Assembly: GCA_964016885.1 (NCBI GenBank)
Contig: OZ024744.1
Coordinates: 27,094,001 to 27,158,000, forward strand
DNA length: 64,000 bases
Direction: 5' to 3'
Origin: Eledone cirrhosa
Taxonomy: Eukaryota
The number at the start of each line of letters is the position of its first letter. Position 1 is the first letter of the stretch. Shown piece after piece: positions 1-12,815 of the stretch. The translations under genes and the position numbers were made by a program. The notes beneath the pieces were generated by a model. That model was not told where the DNA came from. It searched no databases and saw only the letters and a list, made by a program, of their open reading frames with translations.

Positions 1-1146
1 AGCGCCAGGGACACCAGAAGTCTCCACTGTTACGGCTAGGCATGTCAGTGCGTGTGGTGGTAAGGAGGGAGGTAACCTTAGGGCCAAGGACACCAGAAGT
101 CTCCACTGTTACGGCTAGGCATGTCAGTGCATGTGTTGGTAAGAAGGGAGGTAACCTTAGGGCCAGGGACACCAGAAGTGTCCACTGCTACGGCTAGGCA
201 TCTCAGTGCATGTGGTGGTAAGAAGGGAGGTAACTTTAGGGCCAGGGACACCAGAAGTCTCCAGTGTTACGGCTAGGCATCTCAGTGCATGTGGTGGTAA
301 GAAGGGAGGTAACCTTAGGGCCAATGACACCAGAAGTCTCCACAGCTACGGCTAGGCATCTCAGTGCATGTGGTGGTAAGAAGGGAGGTAACCTTAGGGC
401 CAAGGACACCAGAAGTCTCCACTGCTACGGCTAGGCATCTCAGTGCATGTGGTGGTAAGAAGGGAGGTAACCTTAGGGCCAGAGACACCAGAAGACTCCA
501 CTGTTACGGCTAGGAATCTCAGATCATGTGGTGGTAAGAGGGAGGTAACCTTAGGGCCAGGGACACCAGAAGTCTCCACTGTTACGGCTAGGCATCTCAG
601 TGCATGTGGTGGTAAGAAGGGAGGTAACCTTAGGCCAAGGACACCAGAAGTCACCACTGCTACGGCTAGGCATCTCAGTGCATGTGGTGGTAAGAAGGGA
701 GGTAACCTTAAGGCCAAGGACACCAGAAGTCTCCACTGTTACGGCTAGGAATGTCAGTGCATGTGGTGGTAAGGAGGGAGATAGCCTTAGGGCCAAGGAC
801 ACAAGAAGTCTCCACTGTTACGGCTAGGCATCTCAGTGCTTGTGGTGGTCAGAAGGGAGGTAACCTTAGGGCCAGGGACACCAGAAGTCTCCACTGTTAC
901 GGCTAGGCATCTCAGTGCATGTGGTGGTAAGGAGGGAGATAACCTTAGGGCCAGGGACACCAGAAGACTCCACTGTTACGGCTAGGCATCTCAGTGCATG
1001 TGGTGGTAAAGAAGGAGGTAACCTTAGGGCCAGGGACACCAGACGTCTCCACTGCTACGGCTAGGTATCTCAGTGCATGTGGTGGTAAGAAGGGAGGTAA
1101 CCTTAGGTCCAGGGACACCAGAAGTCTCCACTGCTACGGCTAGGCA

Positions 1147-4100
1147 TCTCAGTTCATATGGTGGTAAGAAGGGAGGTAACCTTAGGGCCAGGGACAGGAG
1201 AAATCTCTACTGCTACGGCTAGGCATCTCAGTGCATGTGGTGGTAAGAGGGAGGTAACCTTAGGGCCAGGGACGCCAGAAGTCTCCACTGTTACGGCTAG
1301 GCATCTCAGTGCATGTGGTGGTAAGAGGGAGGTAACCTTAGGGCCAGGGACACCAGAAGTCTCCACTGTTACGGCTAGGAATCTCAGTGCATGTGGTGGT
1401 AAGAAGGGAGGTAACCTTAGGCCAAGGACACCAGAAGTCACCACTGCTACGGCTAGGCATCTCAGTGCACCTGGTGGTAAGAAGGGAGGTAACCTTAGGG
1501 CCAATGACACCAGAAGTCTCCACTGTTACGGCTAGGCATCTCACTTCATGTGGTGGTAAGAAGGGAGGTAAAGCTTAGGGCCAAGGACACCAGAAGTCTC
1601 CACTGCTACGGCTAGGCATCTCAGTGCATGTGGTGGTAAGAAGGCAGGTAAACTTAGGGCCAGGGCCAGCAGAAGTCTCCACTGTTACGGCTAGGCATCT
1701 CAGTGCATGTGGTGGTAAGAAGGCAGGTAAAGCTTAGGGCCAAGGACACCAGAAGTCTCCACTGTTACGGCTAGGCATCTCACTTCATGTGGTGGTAAGA
1801 AGGGAGGTAACCTTAGGGCCAGGGACACCAGAAGTCTACACTGTTACGGCTAGGCATATCAGTGCATGTGGTGGTAAGAGGGAGGTAACCTTAGGGCCAG
1901 GGACACCAGAAGTCTCCACTGTTACGGCTAGGGATCTCAGTGCATGTGGTGGTAATAGGGAGGTAACCTTAGGGCCAGGGACACCCGAAGTCTCCACTGT
2001 TACGGCTAGGCATCTCAGTGCATGTGGTGGTAAAAAGGGAGGTAACCTTAGGGCCAAGGACACCAGAAGTCTCCACTCTTACGGCTAGGCATGTCAGTGC
2101 ATGTGGTGGTAAGGAGGGAGATAACCTTAGGGCCAAGGACACCAGAAGTCTCCACTCTTACGGCTAGGCATCTCAGTGCATGTGGTGGTAAGAAGGGAGG
2201 TAACCTTAGGGCCACGGACACCAGAAGTCTCCACTCTTACGGCTAGGCATCTCAGTGCATGTGGTGGTAAGAAGGGAGGTAACCTTAGGGCCAAGGACAC
2301 CAGAAGACTCCAGTATTACGGCTAGGCATCTCAGTGCATGTGGTGGTAAGGAGGGAGATAACCTTAGGGCCAAGGACACCAGAAGTCTCCACTGTTACGG
2401 TTAGTCATCTCAGTGCATGTGGTGGTAAGAAGGAAGTAACCTTAGGGCCAGGGACACCAGAAGACTCCACTGCTACGACTAGGCATCTCAGTGCATGTGG
2501 TGGTAAGGAGGGAGGTAACCTTAGGGCCAAGGACACCAGAAGTGTCCACAGCTACGGCTAGGCATGTCAGTGCATGTGGTGGTAAGAAGGGAGGTAACCA
2601 TAGGTCCAGGGACACCAGAAGTCTCCACTGCTACAGCTAGGCATCTCAGTTCATATGGTGGTAAGAAGGGAGGTAACCTTAGGGCCAGGGACACCAGAAG
2701 TCTCCACTGTTACGGCTAGGCATCTCAGTGCATGTGGTGATAAGAAGGGAGGGAACCTTAGGGTCAGGGACACCAGAAGTCTCCACTGTTACGGCTAGGC
2801 ATCTCAGTGCATGTGGTGGTAAGAAGGGAGGTAACCTTAGGGCCAAGGACACCAGAAGTCTCCACTGTTACGGCTAGGCATCTCAGTGCATGTGGTGGTA
2901 AGAAGGGAGGTAACCTTAGGGCCAAGGTCACCAGAAGTCTCCACTGCTACGGCTAGGCATCTCAGTGCATGTGGTAGTAAGAAGGGAGGTAACCTTAGGG
3001 CCAGGGACAGCAGAAGTCTCCACTGCTACGGCTAGGCATCTCAGTGCATGTGGTGGTAAGAAGGGAGGTAACCTTAGGGCCAGGGACACCAGAAGTCTAC
3101 ACTGTTACGGCTAGGCATATCAGTGCATGTGGTGGTAAGAAGGGAGGTAACCTTAGCGCCAGGGACACCAGAAGACTCCACTGTTACGGCTAGGCATCTC
3201 AGTGCATGTGGTGGTAAGAAGGGAGGTAACCTTAGGGCCAGGGACACCAGAAGTCTCCACTGTTACGGCTAGGCATCTCACTTCATGTGGTGGTAAGAAG
3301 GGAGGTAAAGCTTAGGGCCAAGGACACCAGAAGTCTCCACTGCTACGGCTAGGCATCTCACTTCATGTGGTGGTAAGAAGGGAGGTAACCTTAGGGCCAA
3401 GGACACCAGAAGTCACCACTGTTACGGCTAGGCATCTCAGTGCATGTGGTGGTAAGAAGGGAGGTAACCTTAGGGACAGGGACACCAGAAGACTCCACTG
3501 TTACGGCTAGGAATCTCAGTGCATGTGGTGGTAAGAAGGGAGGTAACCTTAGGGCCAGGGACACCAGAAGACTCCACTGCTACGGCTAGGCATCTCAGTG
3601 CATGTGGTGGTAAGAAGGGAGGTAACCTTAGGGCCAAGGACACCAGAAGTCTCCACTGTTACGGCTAGGCATGTCAGTGCATGTGGTGGTAAGAAGGGAG
3701 GGAACCTTAGGGCCAGGGACACCAGAAGTCCCCACTGTTACGGCTAGGCATCTCAGTGCATGTGGTGGTAAGAAGGGAGGTAACCTTAGGGCCTGGGACA
3801 CCAGAAGTGTCCACTGATGCGGCTAGGCATCTCAGTGCATGTGGTGGTAAGAAGGGAGGTAACCTTAGGGTCAGGGACACCAGAAGTCTCCAGTGTTACT
3901 GCTAGGCATCTCAGTGCATGTGGTGGTAAGAAGGGAAGGAACCTTAGGGCCAGGGACACCAGAAGACTCCACTGTTACAGCTAGGCATCTCAGTGCATGT
4001 GGTGGTAAGAAGGGAGGTAACCTTAGGGCCAGGGACACCAGAAGTCTCCACTGTTACGGCTAGGCATGTCAGTGCATGTGGTGGTAAGAGGGAGGTAACC

Positions 4101-7100
4101 TTAGGGCCAGGGACACCATAAGTCTCCACTGTTACGGCTAGGCATCTCAGTGCATGTGGTGGTAAGAAGGGAGGTAACCTTAGGCCAAGGACACCAGAAG
4201 TGACCACTGCTACGGCTAGGCATTTCAGTGCATCTGGTGGTAAGAAGGGAGGTAACCTTAGGGCCAAGGACACCAGAAGTCTCCACTGTTACGGCTAGGC
4301 ATGTCAGTGCATGTGGTGGTAAGGAGGGAGATAATCTTAGGGCCAAGGACACCAGAAGTCTCCACTGTTACGGCTAGGCATCTCAGTGCATGTGGTGGTA
4401 AGAGGGAGGTAACCTTAGGGCCAGGGACACCAGAAGTCTCCACTATTACGGCTAGGCATCTCAGTGCATGTGGTGGTAAGAAGGGAGGTAACCTTAGGCC
4501 AAGGACACCAAAAGTCACCACTGCTACGGCTAGGCATCTCAGTGCATGTGGTGGTAAGAAGGGTAGGAACCTTAGGGCCAAGGACACCAGAAGTCTCCAC
4601 TGTTACGGCTAGGCATCTCAGTGCATGTGGTGGTAAGAAGGGAAGGAATCTTAGGGCCAGGGACACCAGAAGTCTCCACTGTTACGGCTAGGCATCTCAG
4701 TGCATGTGGTGGTAAGAAGGGAGGTAACCTTAGGTCCAAGGACACCAGAAGTCTCAACTTCTACGGCTAGGCATCTCAGTGCATGTGGTGGTAAGAAGGG
4801 AGGTAATCTTAGGGCCAGGGACAGCAGAAATCTCCACTGCTACGGCTAGGCATCTCAGTGCATGTGGTGGTAAGAAGGGAGGTAACCTTAGGGCCAGGGA
4901 CACCAGAAGTCTACATTGTTACGGCTATGCATATCAGTGCATGTGGTGGTAAGTAGGGAGGTAACCTTAGGGCCAGGGACACCAGAAGACTCCACTGTTA
5001 CGGCTAGGCATCTCAGTGCATGTGGTGGTAAGAAGGGAGGTAACCTTAGGGCCAGGGACACCAGAAGTCTCCACTGTTACGGCTAGGCATCTCACTTCAT
5101 GTGGTGGTAAGAAGGGAGGTAACCTTAGGGCCAAGTACACCAGAAGTCTCCACTGCTACGGCTAGGCATCTCAGTGCATGTGGTGGTAAAGAGGGAGGTA
5201 ACCTTAGGGCCAAGGACACCAGAAGTCACCACTGCTACGGCTAGGCATCTCAGTGCATGTGGTGGTAAGAAGGGAGGTAACCTTAGGGCCAGAGACACCA
5301 GAAGACTCCACTGTTACGGCTAGGAATCTCAGATCATGTGGTGGTAAGAGGGAGGTAACCTTAGGGCCAGGGACACCAGAAGTCTCCACTGTTACGGCTA
5401 GGCATCTCAGTGCATGTGGTGGTAAGAAGGGAGGTAACCTTAGGCCAAGGACACAAGAAGTCTCCACTGTTACGGCTAGGCATCTCAGTGCTTGTGGTGG
5501 TCAGAAGGGAGGTAACCTTAGGGCCAGGGACACCAGAAGTCTCCACTATTACGGCTAGGCATCTCAGTGCATGTGGTGGTAAGGAGGGAGATAACCTTAG
5601 GGCCAGGGACACCAGAAGACTCCACTGTTACGGCTAGGCATCTCAGTGCATGTGGTGGTAAAGAAGGAGGTAACCTTAGGGCCAGGGACACCAGACGTCT
5701 CCACTGCTACGGCTAGGTATCTCAGTGCATGTGGTGGTAAGAAGGGAGATAACCTTAGGTCCAGGGACACCAGAAGTCTCCACTGCTACGGCTAGGCATC
5801 TCAGTTCATATGGTGGTAAGAAGGGAGGTAACCTTAGGGCCAGGGACAGGAGAAATCTCTACTGCTACGGCTAGGCATCTCAGTGCATGTGGTGGTAAGA
5901 GGGAGGTAACCTTAGGGCCAGGGACGCCAGAAGTCTCCACTGTTACGGCTAGGCATCTCAGTGCATGTGGTGGTAAGAGGGAGGTAACCTTAGGGCCAGG
6001 GACACCAGAAGTCTCCACTGTTACGGCTAGGAATCTCAGTGCATGTGGTGGTAAGAAGGGAGGTAACCTTAGGCCAAGGACACCAGAAGTCACCACTGCT
6101 ACGGCTAAGCATCTCAATGCACCTGGTGGTAAGAAGGGAGGTAACCTTAGGGCCAATGACACCAGAAGTCTCCACTGTTACGGCTAGGCATCTCAGTGCA
6201 TGTGGTGGTAAGGAGGGAGATAACCTTAGGGCCAAGGACACAAGAAGTCTCCACTGTTACGGCTAGGCATCTCAGTGCATGTGGTGGTAAGAAGGGGGGT
6301 AACCTTAGGGCCAGGGACACCAGCAGTCTCCACTGTTACGGCGAGGCATCTCAGTGCATGTTGTGGTAAGGAGGGAGATAACCTTAGGGCCAAGGACACC
6401 AGAAGTCTCCACTGTTACGGCTAGGCATCTCAGTGCATGTGGTGGTAAGAAGGGAGGTAACCTTAGGTCCAGGGACACCAGAAGTCTCCACTGCTACGGC
6501 TAGGCATCTCAGTTCATATGGTGTTTAGAAGGGAGGTAACCTTAGGGCCAGGGACACCAGAAGTCTCCACTGTTACGGCTAGGCATCTCAGTGCATGTGG
6601 TGGTAAGAAGGGAGGTAACCTTAGGGCCAAGGACACCAGAAGTCTCCACTGCTACGGCTAGGCATCTCTGTGCATGTGGTGGTAAGAAGGGAGGTAACCT
6701 TAGGGCCAGGGACAGCAGAAGTCTCCACTGCTACGGATAGGCATCTCAGTGCATGTGGTGGTAAGAAGGGAGGTAACCTTAGGGCCAGGAACACCAGAAG
6801 TCTACACTGTTACGGCTAGGCATATCAGTGCATGCGGTGGTAAGAATGGAGGTAACCTTAGCGCCAGGGACACCAGAAGTCTCCACTGTTACGGCTAGGC
6901 ATGTCAGTGCGTGTGGTGGTAAGGAGGGAGGTAACCTTAGGGCCAAGGACACCAGAAGTCTCCACTGTTACGGCTAGGCATCTCAGTTCATATGGTGGTA
7001 AGAAGGGAGGTAACCTTAGGGCCAGGGACAGGAGAAATCTCTACTGCTACGGCTAGGCATCTCAGTGCATGTGGTGGTAAGAGGGAGGTAACCTTAGGGC

Positions 7101-10100
7101 CAGGGACGCCAGAAGTCTCCACTGTTACGGCTAGGCATCTCAGTGCATGTGGTGGTAAGAGGGAGGTAACCTTAGGGCCAGGGACACCAGAAGTCTCCAC
7201 TGTTACGGCTAGGAATCTCAGTGCATGTGGTGGTAAGAAGGGAGGTAACCTTAGGCCAAGGACACCAGAAGTCACCACTGCTACGGCTAGGCATCTCAGT
7301 GCACCTGGTGGTAAGAAGGGAGGTAACCTTAGGGCCAATGACACCAGAAGTCTCCACTGTTACGGCTAGGCATCTCACTTCATGTGGTGGTAAGAAGGGA
7401 GGTAAAGCTTAGGGCCAAGGACACCAGAAGTCTCCACTGCTACGGCTAGGCATCTCAGTGCATGTGGTGGTAAGAAGGCAGGTAAACTTAGGGCCAGGGC
7501 CAGCAGAAGTCTCCACTGTTACGGCTAGGCATCTCAGTGCATGTGGTGGTAAGAAGGCAGGTAAAGCTTAGGGCCAAGGACACCAGAAGTCTCCACTGTT
7601 ACGGCTAGGCATCTCACTTCATGTGGTGGTAAGAAGGGAGGTAACCTTAGGGCCAGGGACACCAGAAGTCTACACTGTTACGGCTAGGCATATCAGTGCA
7701 TGTGGTGGTAAGAGGGAGGTAACCTTAGGGCCAGGGACACCAGAAGTCTCCACTGTTACGGCTAGGGATCTCAGTGCATGTGGTGGTAATAGGGAGGTAA
7801 CCTTAGGGCCAGGGACACCCGAAGTCTCCACTGTTACGGCTAGGCATCTCAGTGCATGTGGTGGTAAAAAGGGAGGTAACCTTAGGGCCAAGGACACCAG
7901 AAGTCTCCACTCTTACGGCTAGGCATGTCAGTGCATGTGGTGGTAAGGAGGGAGATAACCTTAGGGCCAAGGACACCAGAAGTCTCCACTCTTACGGCTA
8001 GGCATCTCAGTGCATGTGGTGGTAAGAAGGGAGGTAACCTTAGGGCCACGGACACCAGAAGTCTCCACTCTTACGGCTAGGCATCTCAGTGCATGTGGTG
8101 GTAAGAAGGGAGGTAACCTTAGGGCCAAGGACACCAGAAGACTCCAGTATTACGGCTAGGCATCTCAGTGCATGTGGTGGTAAGGAGGGAGATAACCTTA
8201 GGGCCAAGGACACCAGAAGTCTCCACTGTTACGGTTAGTCATCTCAGTGCATGTGGTGGTAAGAAGGAAGTAACCTTAGGGCCAGGGACACCAGAAGACT
8301 CCACTGCTACGACTAGGCATCTCAGTGCATGTGGTGGTAAGGAGGGAGGTAACCTTAGGGCCAAGGACACCAGAAGTGTCCACAGCTACGGCTAGGCATG
8401 TCAGTGCATGTGGTGGTAAGAAGGGAGGTAACCATAGGTCCAGGGACACCAGAAGTCTCCACTGCTACAGCTAGGCATCTCAGTTCATATGGTGGTAAGA
8501 AGGGAGGTAACCTTAGGGCCAGGGACACCAGAAGTCTCCACTGTTACGGCTAGGCATCTCAGTGCATGTGGTGATAAGAAGGGAGGGAACCTTAGGGTCA
8601 GGGACACCAGAAGTCTCCACTGTTACGGCTAGGCATCTCAGTGCATGTGGTGGTAAGAAGGGAGGTAACCTTAGGGCCAAGGACACCAGAAGTCTCCACT
8701 GTTACGGCTAGGCATCTCAGTGCATGTGGTGGTAAGAAGGGAGGTAACCTTAGGGCCAAGGTCACCAGAAGTCTCCACTGCTACGGCTAGGCATCTCAGT
8801 GCATGTGGTAGTAAGAAGGGAGGTAACCTTAGGGCCAGGGACAGCAGAAGTCTCCACTGCTACGGCTAGGCATCTCAGTGCATGTGGTGGTAAGAAGGGA
8901 GGTAACCTTAGGGCCAGGGACACCAGAAGTCTACACTGTTACGGCTAGGCATATCAGTGCATGTGGTGGTAAGAAGGGAGGTAACCTTAGCGCCAGGGAC
9001 ACCAGAAGACTCCACTGTTACGGCTAGGCATCTCAGTGCATGTGGTGGTAAGAAGGGAGGTAACCTTAGGGCCAGGGACACCAGAAGTCTCCACTGTTAC
9101 GGCTAGGCATCTCACTTCATGTGGTGGTAAGAAGGGAGGTAAAGCTTAGGGCCAAGGACACCAGAAGTCTCCACTGCTACGGCTAGGCATCTCACTTCAT
9201 GTGGTGGTAAGAAGGGAGGTAACCTTAGGGCCAAGGACACCAGAAGTCACCACTGTTACGGCTAGGCATCTCAGTGCATGTGGTGGTAAGAAGGGAGGTA
9301 ACCTTAGGGACAGGGACACCAGAAGACTCCACTGTTACGGCTAGGAATCTCAGTGCATGTGGTGGTAAGAAGGGAGGTAACCTTAGGGCCAGGGACACCA
9401 GAAGACTCCACTGCTACGGCTAGGCATCTCAGTGCATGTGGTGGTAAGAAGGGAGGTAACCTTAGGGCCAAGGACACCAGAAGTCTCCACTGTTACGGCT
9501 AGGCATGTCAGTGCATGTGGTGGTAAGAAGGGAGGGAACCTTAGGGCCAGGGACACCAGAAGTCCCCACTGTTACGGCTAGGCATCTCAGTGCATGTGGT
9601 GGTAAGAAGGGAGGTAACCTTAGGGCCTGGGACACCAGAAGTGTCCACTGATGCGGCTAGGCATCTCAGTGCATGTGGTGGTAAGAAGGGAGGTAACCTT
9701 AGGGTCAGGGACACCAGAAGTCTCCAGTGTTACTGCTAGGCATCTCAGTGCATGTGGTGGTAAGAAGGGAAGGAACCTTAGGGCCAGGGACACCAGAAGA
9801 CTCCACTGTTACAGCTAGGCATCTCAGTGCATGTGGTGGTAAGAAGGGAGGTAACCTTAGGGCCAGGGACACCAGAAGTCTCCACTGTTACGGCTAGGCA
9901 TGTCAGTGCATGTGGTGGTAAGAGGGAGGTAACCTTAGGGCCAGGGACACCATAAGTCTCCACTGTTACGGCTAGGCATCTCAGTGCATGTGGTGGTAAG
10001 AAGGGAGGTAACCTTAGGCCAAGGACACCAGAAGTGACCACTGCTACGGCTAGGCATTTCAGTGCATCTGGTGGTAAGAAGGGAGGTAACCTTAGGGCCA

Positions 10101-12815
10101 AGGACACCAGAAGTCTCCACTGTTACGGCTAGGCATGTCAGTGCATGTGGTGGTAAGGAGGGAGATAATCTTAGGGCCAAGGACACCAGAAGTCTCCACT
10201 GTTACGGCTAGGCATCTCAGTGCATGTGGTGGTAAGAGGGAGGTAACCTTAGGGCCAGGGACACCAGAAGTCTCCACTATTACGGCTAGGCATCTCAGTG
10301 CATGTGGTGGTAAGAAGGGAGGTAACCTTAGGCCAAGGACACCAAAAGTCACCACTGCTACGGCTAGGCATCTCAGTGCATGTGGTGGTAAGAAGGGTAG
10401 GAACCTTAGGGCCAAGGACACCAGAAGTCTCCACTGTTACGGCTAGGCATCTCAGTGCATGTGGTGGTAAGAAGGGAAGGAATCTTAGGGCCAGGGACAC
10501 CAGAAGTCTCCACTGTTACGGCTAGGCATCTCAGTGCATGTGGTGGTAAGAAGGGAGGTAACCTTAGGTCCAAGGACACCAGAAGTCTCAACTTCTACGG
10601 CTAGGCATCTCAGTGCATGTGGTGGTAAGAAGGGAGGTAATCTTAGGGCCAGGGACAGCAGAAATCTCCACTGCTACGGCTAGGCATCTCAGTGCATGTG
10701 GTGGTAAGAAGGGAGGTAACCTTAGGGCCAGGGACACCAGAAGTCTACATTGTTACGGCTATGCATATCAGTGCATGTGGTGGTAAGTAGGGAGGTAACC
10801 TTAGGGCCAGGGACACCAGAAGACTCCACTGTTACGGCTAGGCATCTCAGTGCATGTGGTGGTAAGAAGGGAGGTAACCTTAGGGCCAGGGACACCAGAA
10901 GTCTCCACTGTTACGGCTAGGCATCTCACTTCATGTGGTGGTAAGAAGGGAGGTAACCTTAGGGCCAAGTACACCAGAAGTCTCCACTGCTACGGCTAGG
11001 CATCTCAGTGCATGTGGTGGTAAAGAGGGAGGTAACCTTAGGGCCAAGGACACCAGAAGTCACCACTGCTACGGCTAGGCATCTCAGTGCATGTGGTGGT
11101 AAGAAGGGAGGTAACCTTAGGGCCAGAGACACCAGAAGACTCCACTGTTACGGCTAGGAATCTCAGATCATGTGGTGGTAAGAGGGAGGTAACCTTAGGG
11201 CCAGGGACACCAGAAGTCTCCACTGTTACGGCTAGGCATCTCAGTGCATGTGGTGGTAAGAAGGGAGGTAACCTTAGGCCAAGGACACAAGAAGTCTCCA
11301 CTGTTACGGCTAGGCATCTCAGTGCTTGTGGTGGTCAGAAGGGAGGTAACCTTAGGGCCAGGGACACCAGAAGTCTCCACTATTACGGCTAGGCATCTCA
11401 GTGCATGTGGTGGTAAGGAGGGAGATAACCTTAGGGCCAGGGACACCAGAAGACTCCACTGTTACGGCTAGGCATCTCAGTGCATGTGGTGGTAAAGAAG
11501 GAGGTAACCTTAGGGCCAGGGACACCAGACGTCTCCACTGCTACGGCTAGGTATCTCAGTGCATGTGGTGGTAAGAAGGGAGATAACCTTAGGTCCAGGG
11601 ACACCAGAAGTCTCCACTGCTACGGCTAGGCATCTCAGTTCATATGGTGGTAAGAAGGGAGGTAACCTTAGGGCCAGGGACAGGAGAAATCTCTACTGCT
11701 ACGGCTAGGCATCTCAGTGCATGTGGTGGTAAGAGGGAGGTAACCTTAGGGCCAGGGACGCCAGAAGTCTCCACTGTTACGGCTAGGCATCTCAGTGCAT
11801 GTGGTGGTAAGAGGGAGGTAACCTTAGGGCCAGGGACACCAGAAGTCTCCACTGTTACGGCTAGGAATCTCAGTGCATGTGGTGGTAAGAAGGGAGGTAA
11901 CCTTAGGCCAAGGACACCAGAAGTCACCACTGCTACGGCTAAGCATCTCAATGCACCTGGTGGTAAGAAGGGAGGTAACCTTAGGGCCAATGACACCAGA
12001 AGTCTCCACTGTTACGGCTAGGCATCTCAGTGCATGTGGTGGTAAGGAGGGAGATAACCTTAGGGCCAAGGACACAAGAAGTCTCCACTGTTACGGCTAG
12101 GCATCTCAGTGCATGTGGTGGTAAGAAGGGGGGTAACCTTAGGGCCAGGGACACCAGCAGTCTCCACTGTTACGGCGAGGCATCTCAGTGCATGTTGTGG
12201 TAAGGAGGGAGATAACCTTAGGGCCAAGGACACCAGAAGTCTCCACTGTTACGGCTAGGCATCTCAGTGCATGTGGTGGTAAGAAGGGAGGTAACCTTAG
12301 GTCCAGGGACACCAGAAGTCTCCACTGCTACGGCTAGGCATCTCAGTTCATATGGTGTTTAGAAGGGAGGTAACCTTAGGGCCAGGGACACCAGAAGTCT
12401 CCACTGTTACGGCTAGGCATCTCAGTGCATGTGGTGGTAAGAAGGGAGGTAACCTTAGGGCCAAGGACACCAGAAGTCTCCACTGCTACGGCTAGGCATC
12501 TCTGTGCATGTGGTGGTAAGAAGGGAGGTAACCTTAGGGCCAGGGACAGCAGAAGTCTCCACTGCTACGGATAGGCATCTCAGTGCATGTGGTGGTAAGA
12601 AGGGAGGTAACCTTAGGGCCAGGAACACCAGAAGTCTACACTGTTACGGCTAGGCATATCAGTGCATGCGGTGGTAAGAATGGAGGTAACCTTAGCGCCA
12701 GGGACACCAGAAGTCTCCACTGTTACGGCTAGGCATGTCAGTGCGTGTGGTGGTAAGGAGGGAGGTAACCTTAGGGCCAAGGACACCAGAAGTCTCCACT
12801 GTTACGGCTAGGCAT
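1147..12815 (+). repeat. Tandem higher-order duplication, period 5834 bp (~74 monomers): ~1147-6981 and ~6981-12815
   Basis: Identical ORF translations sit at a constant offset (1154/6988, 1789/7623, 2334/8168, 3944/9778, 5204/11038, 5806/11640). Private AAGCTT variants at 1571/1730/3308 recur at 7405/7564/9142. The junction lies at ~6970-6981. Confidence 0.93.

Noticed and set aside
23-52. V(D)J recombination-signal-like heptamers (CACTGTT, CTCAGTG)
   Set aside because: The heptamers are imperfect and there is no ACAAAAACC-like nonamer at 12 or 23 bp spacing.
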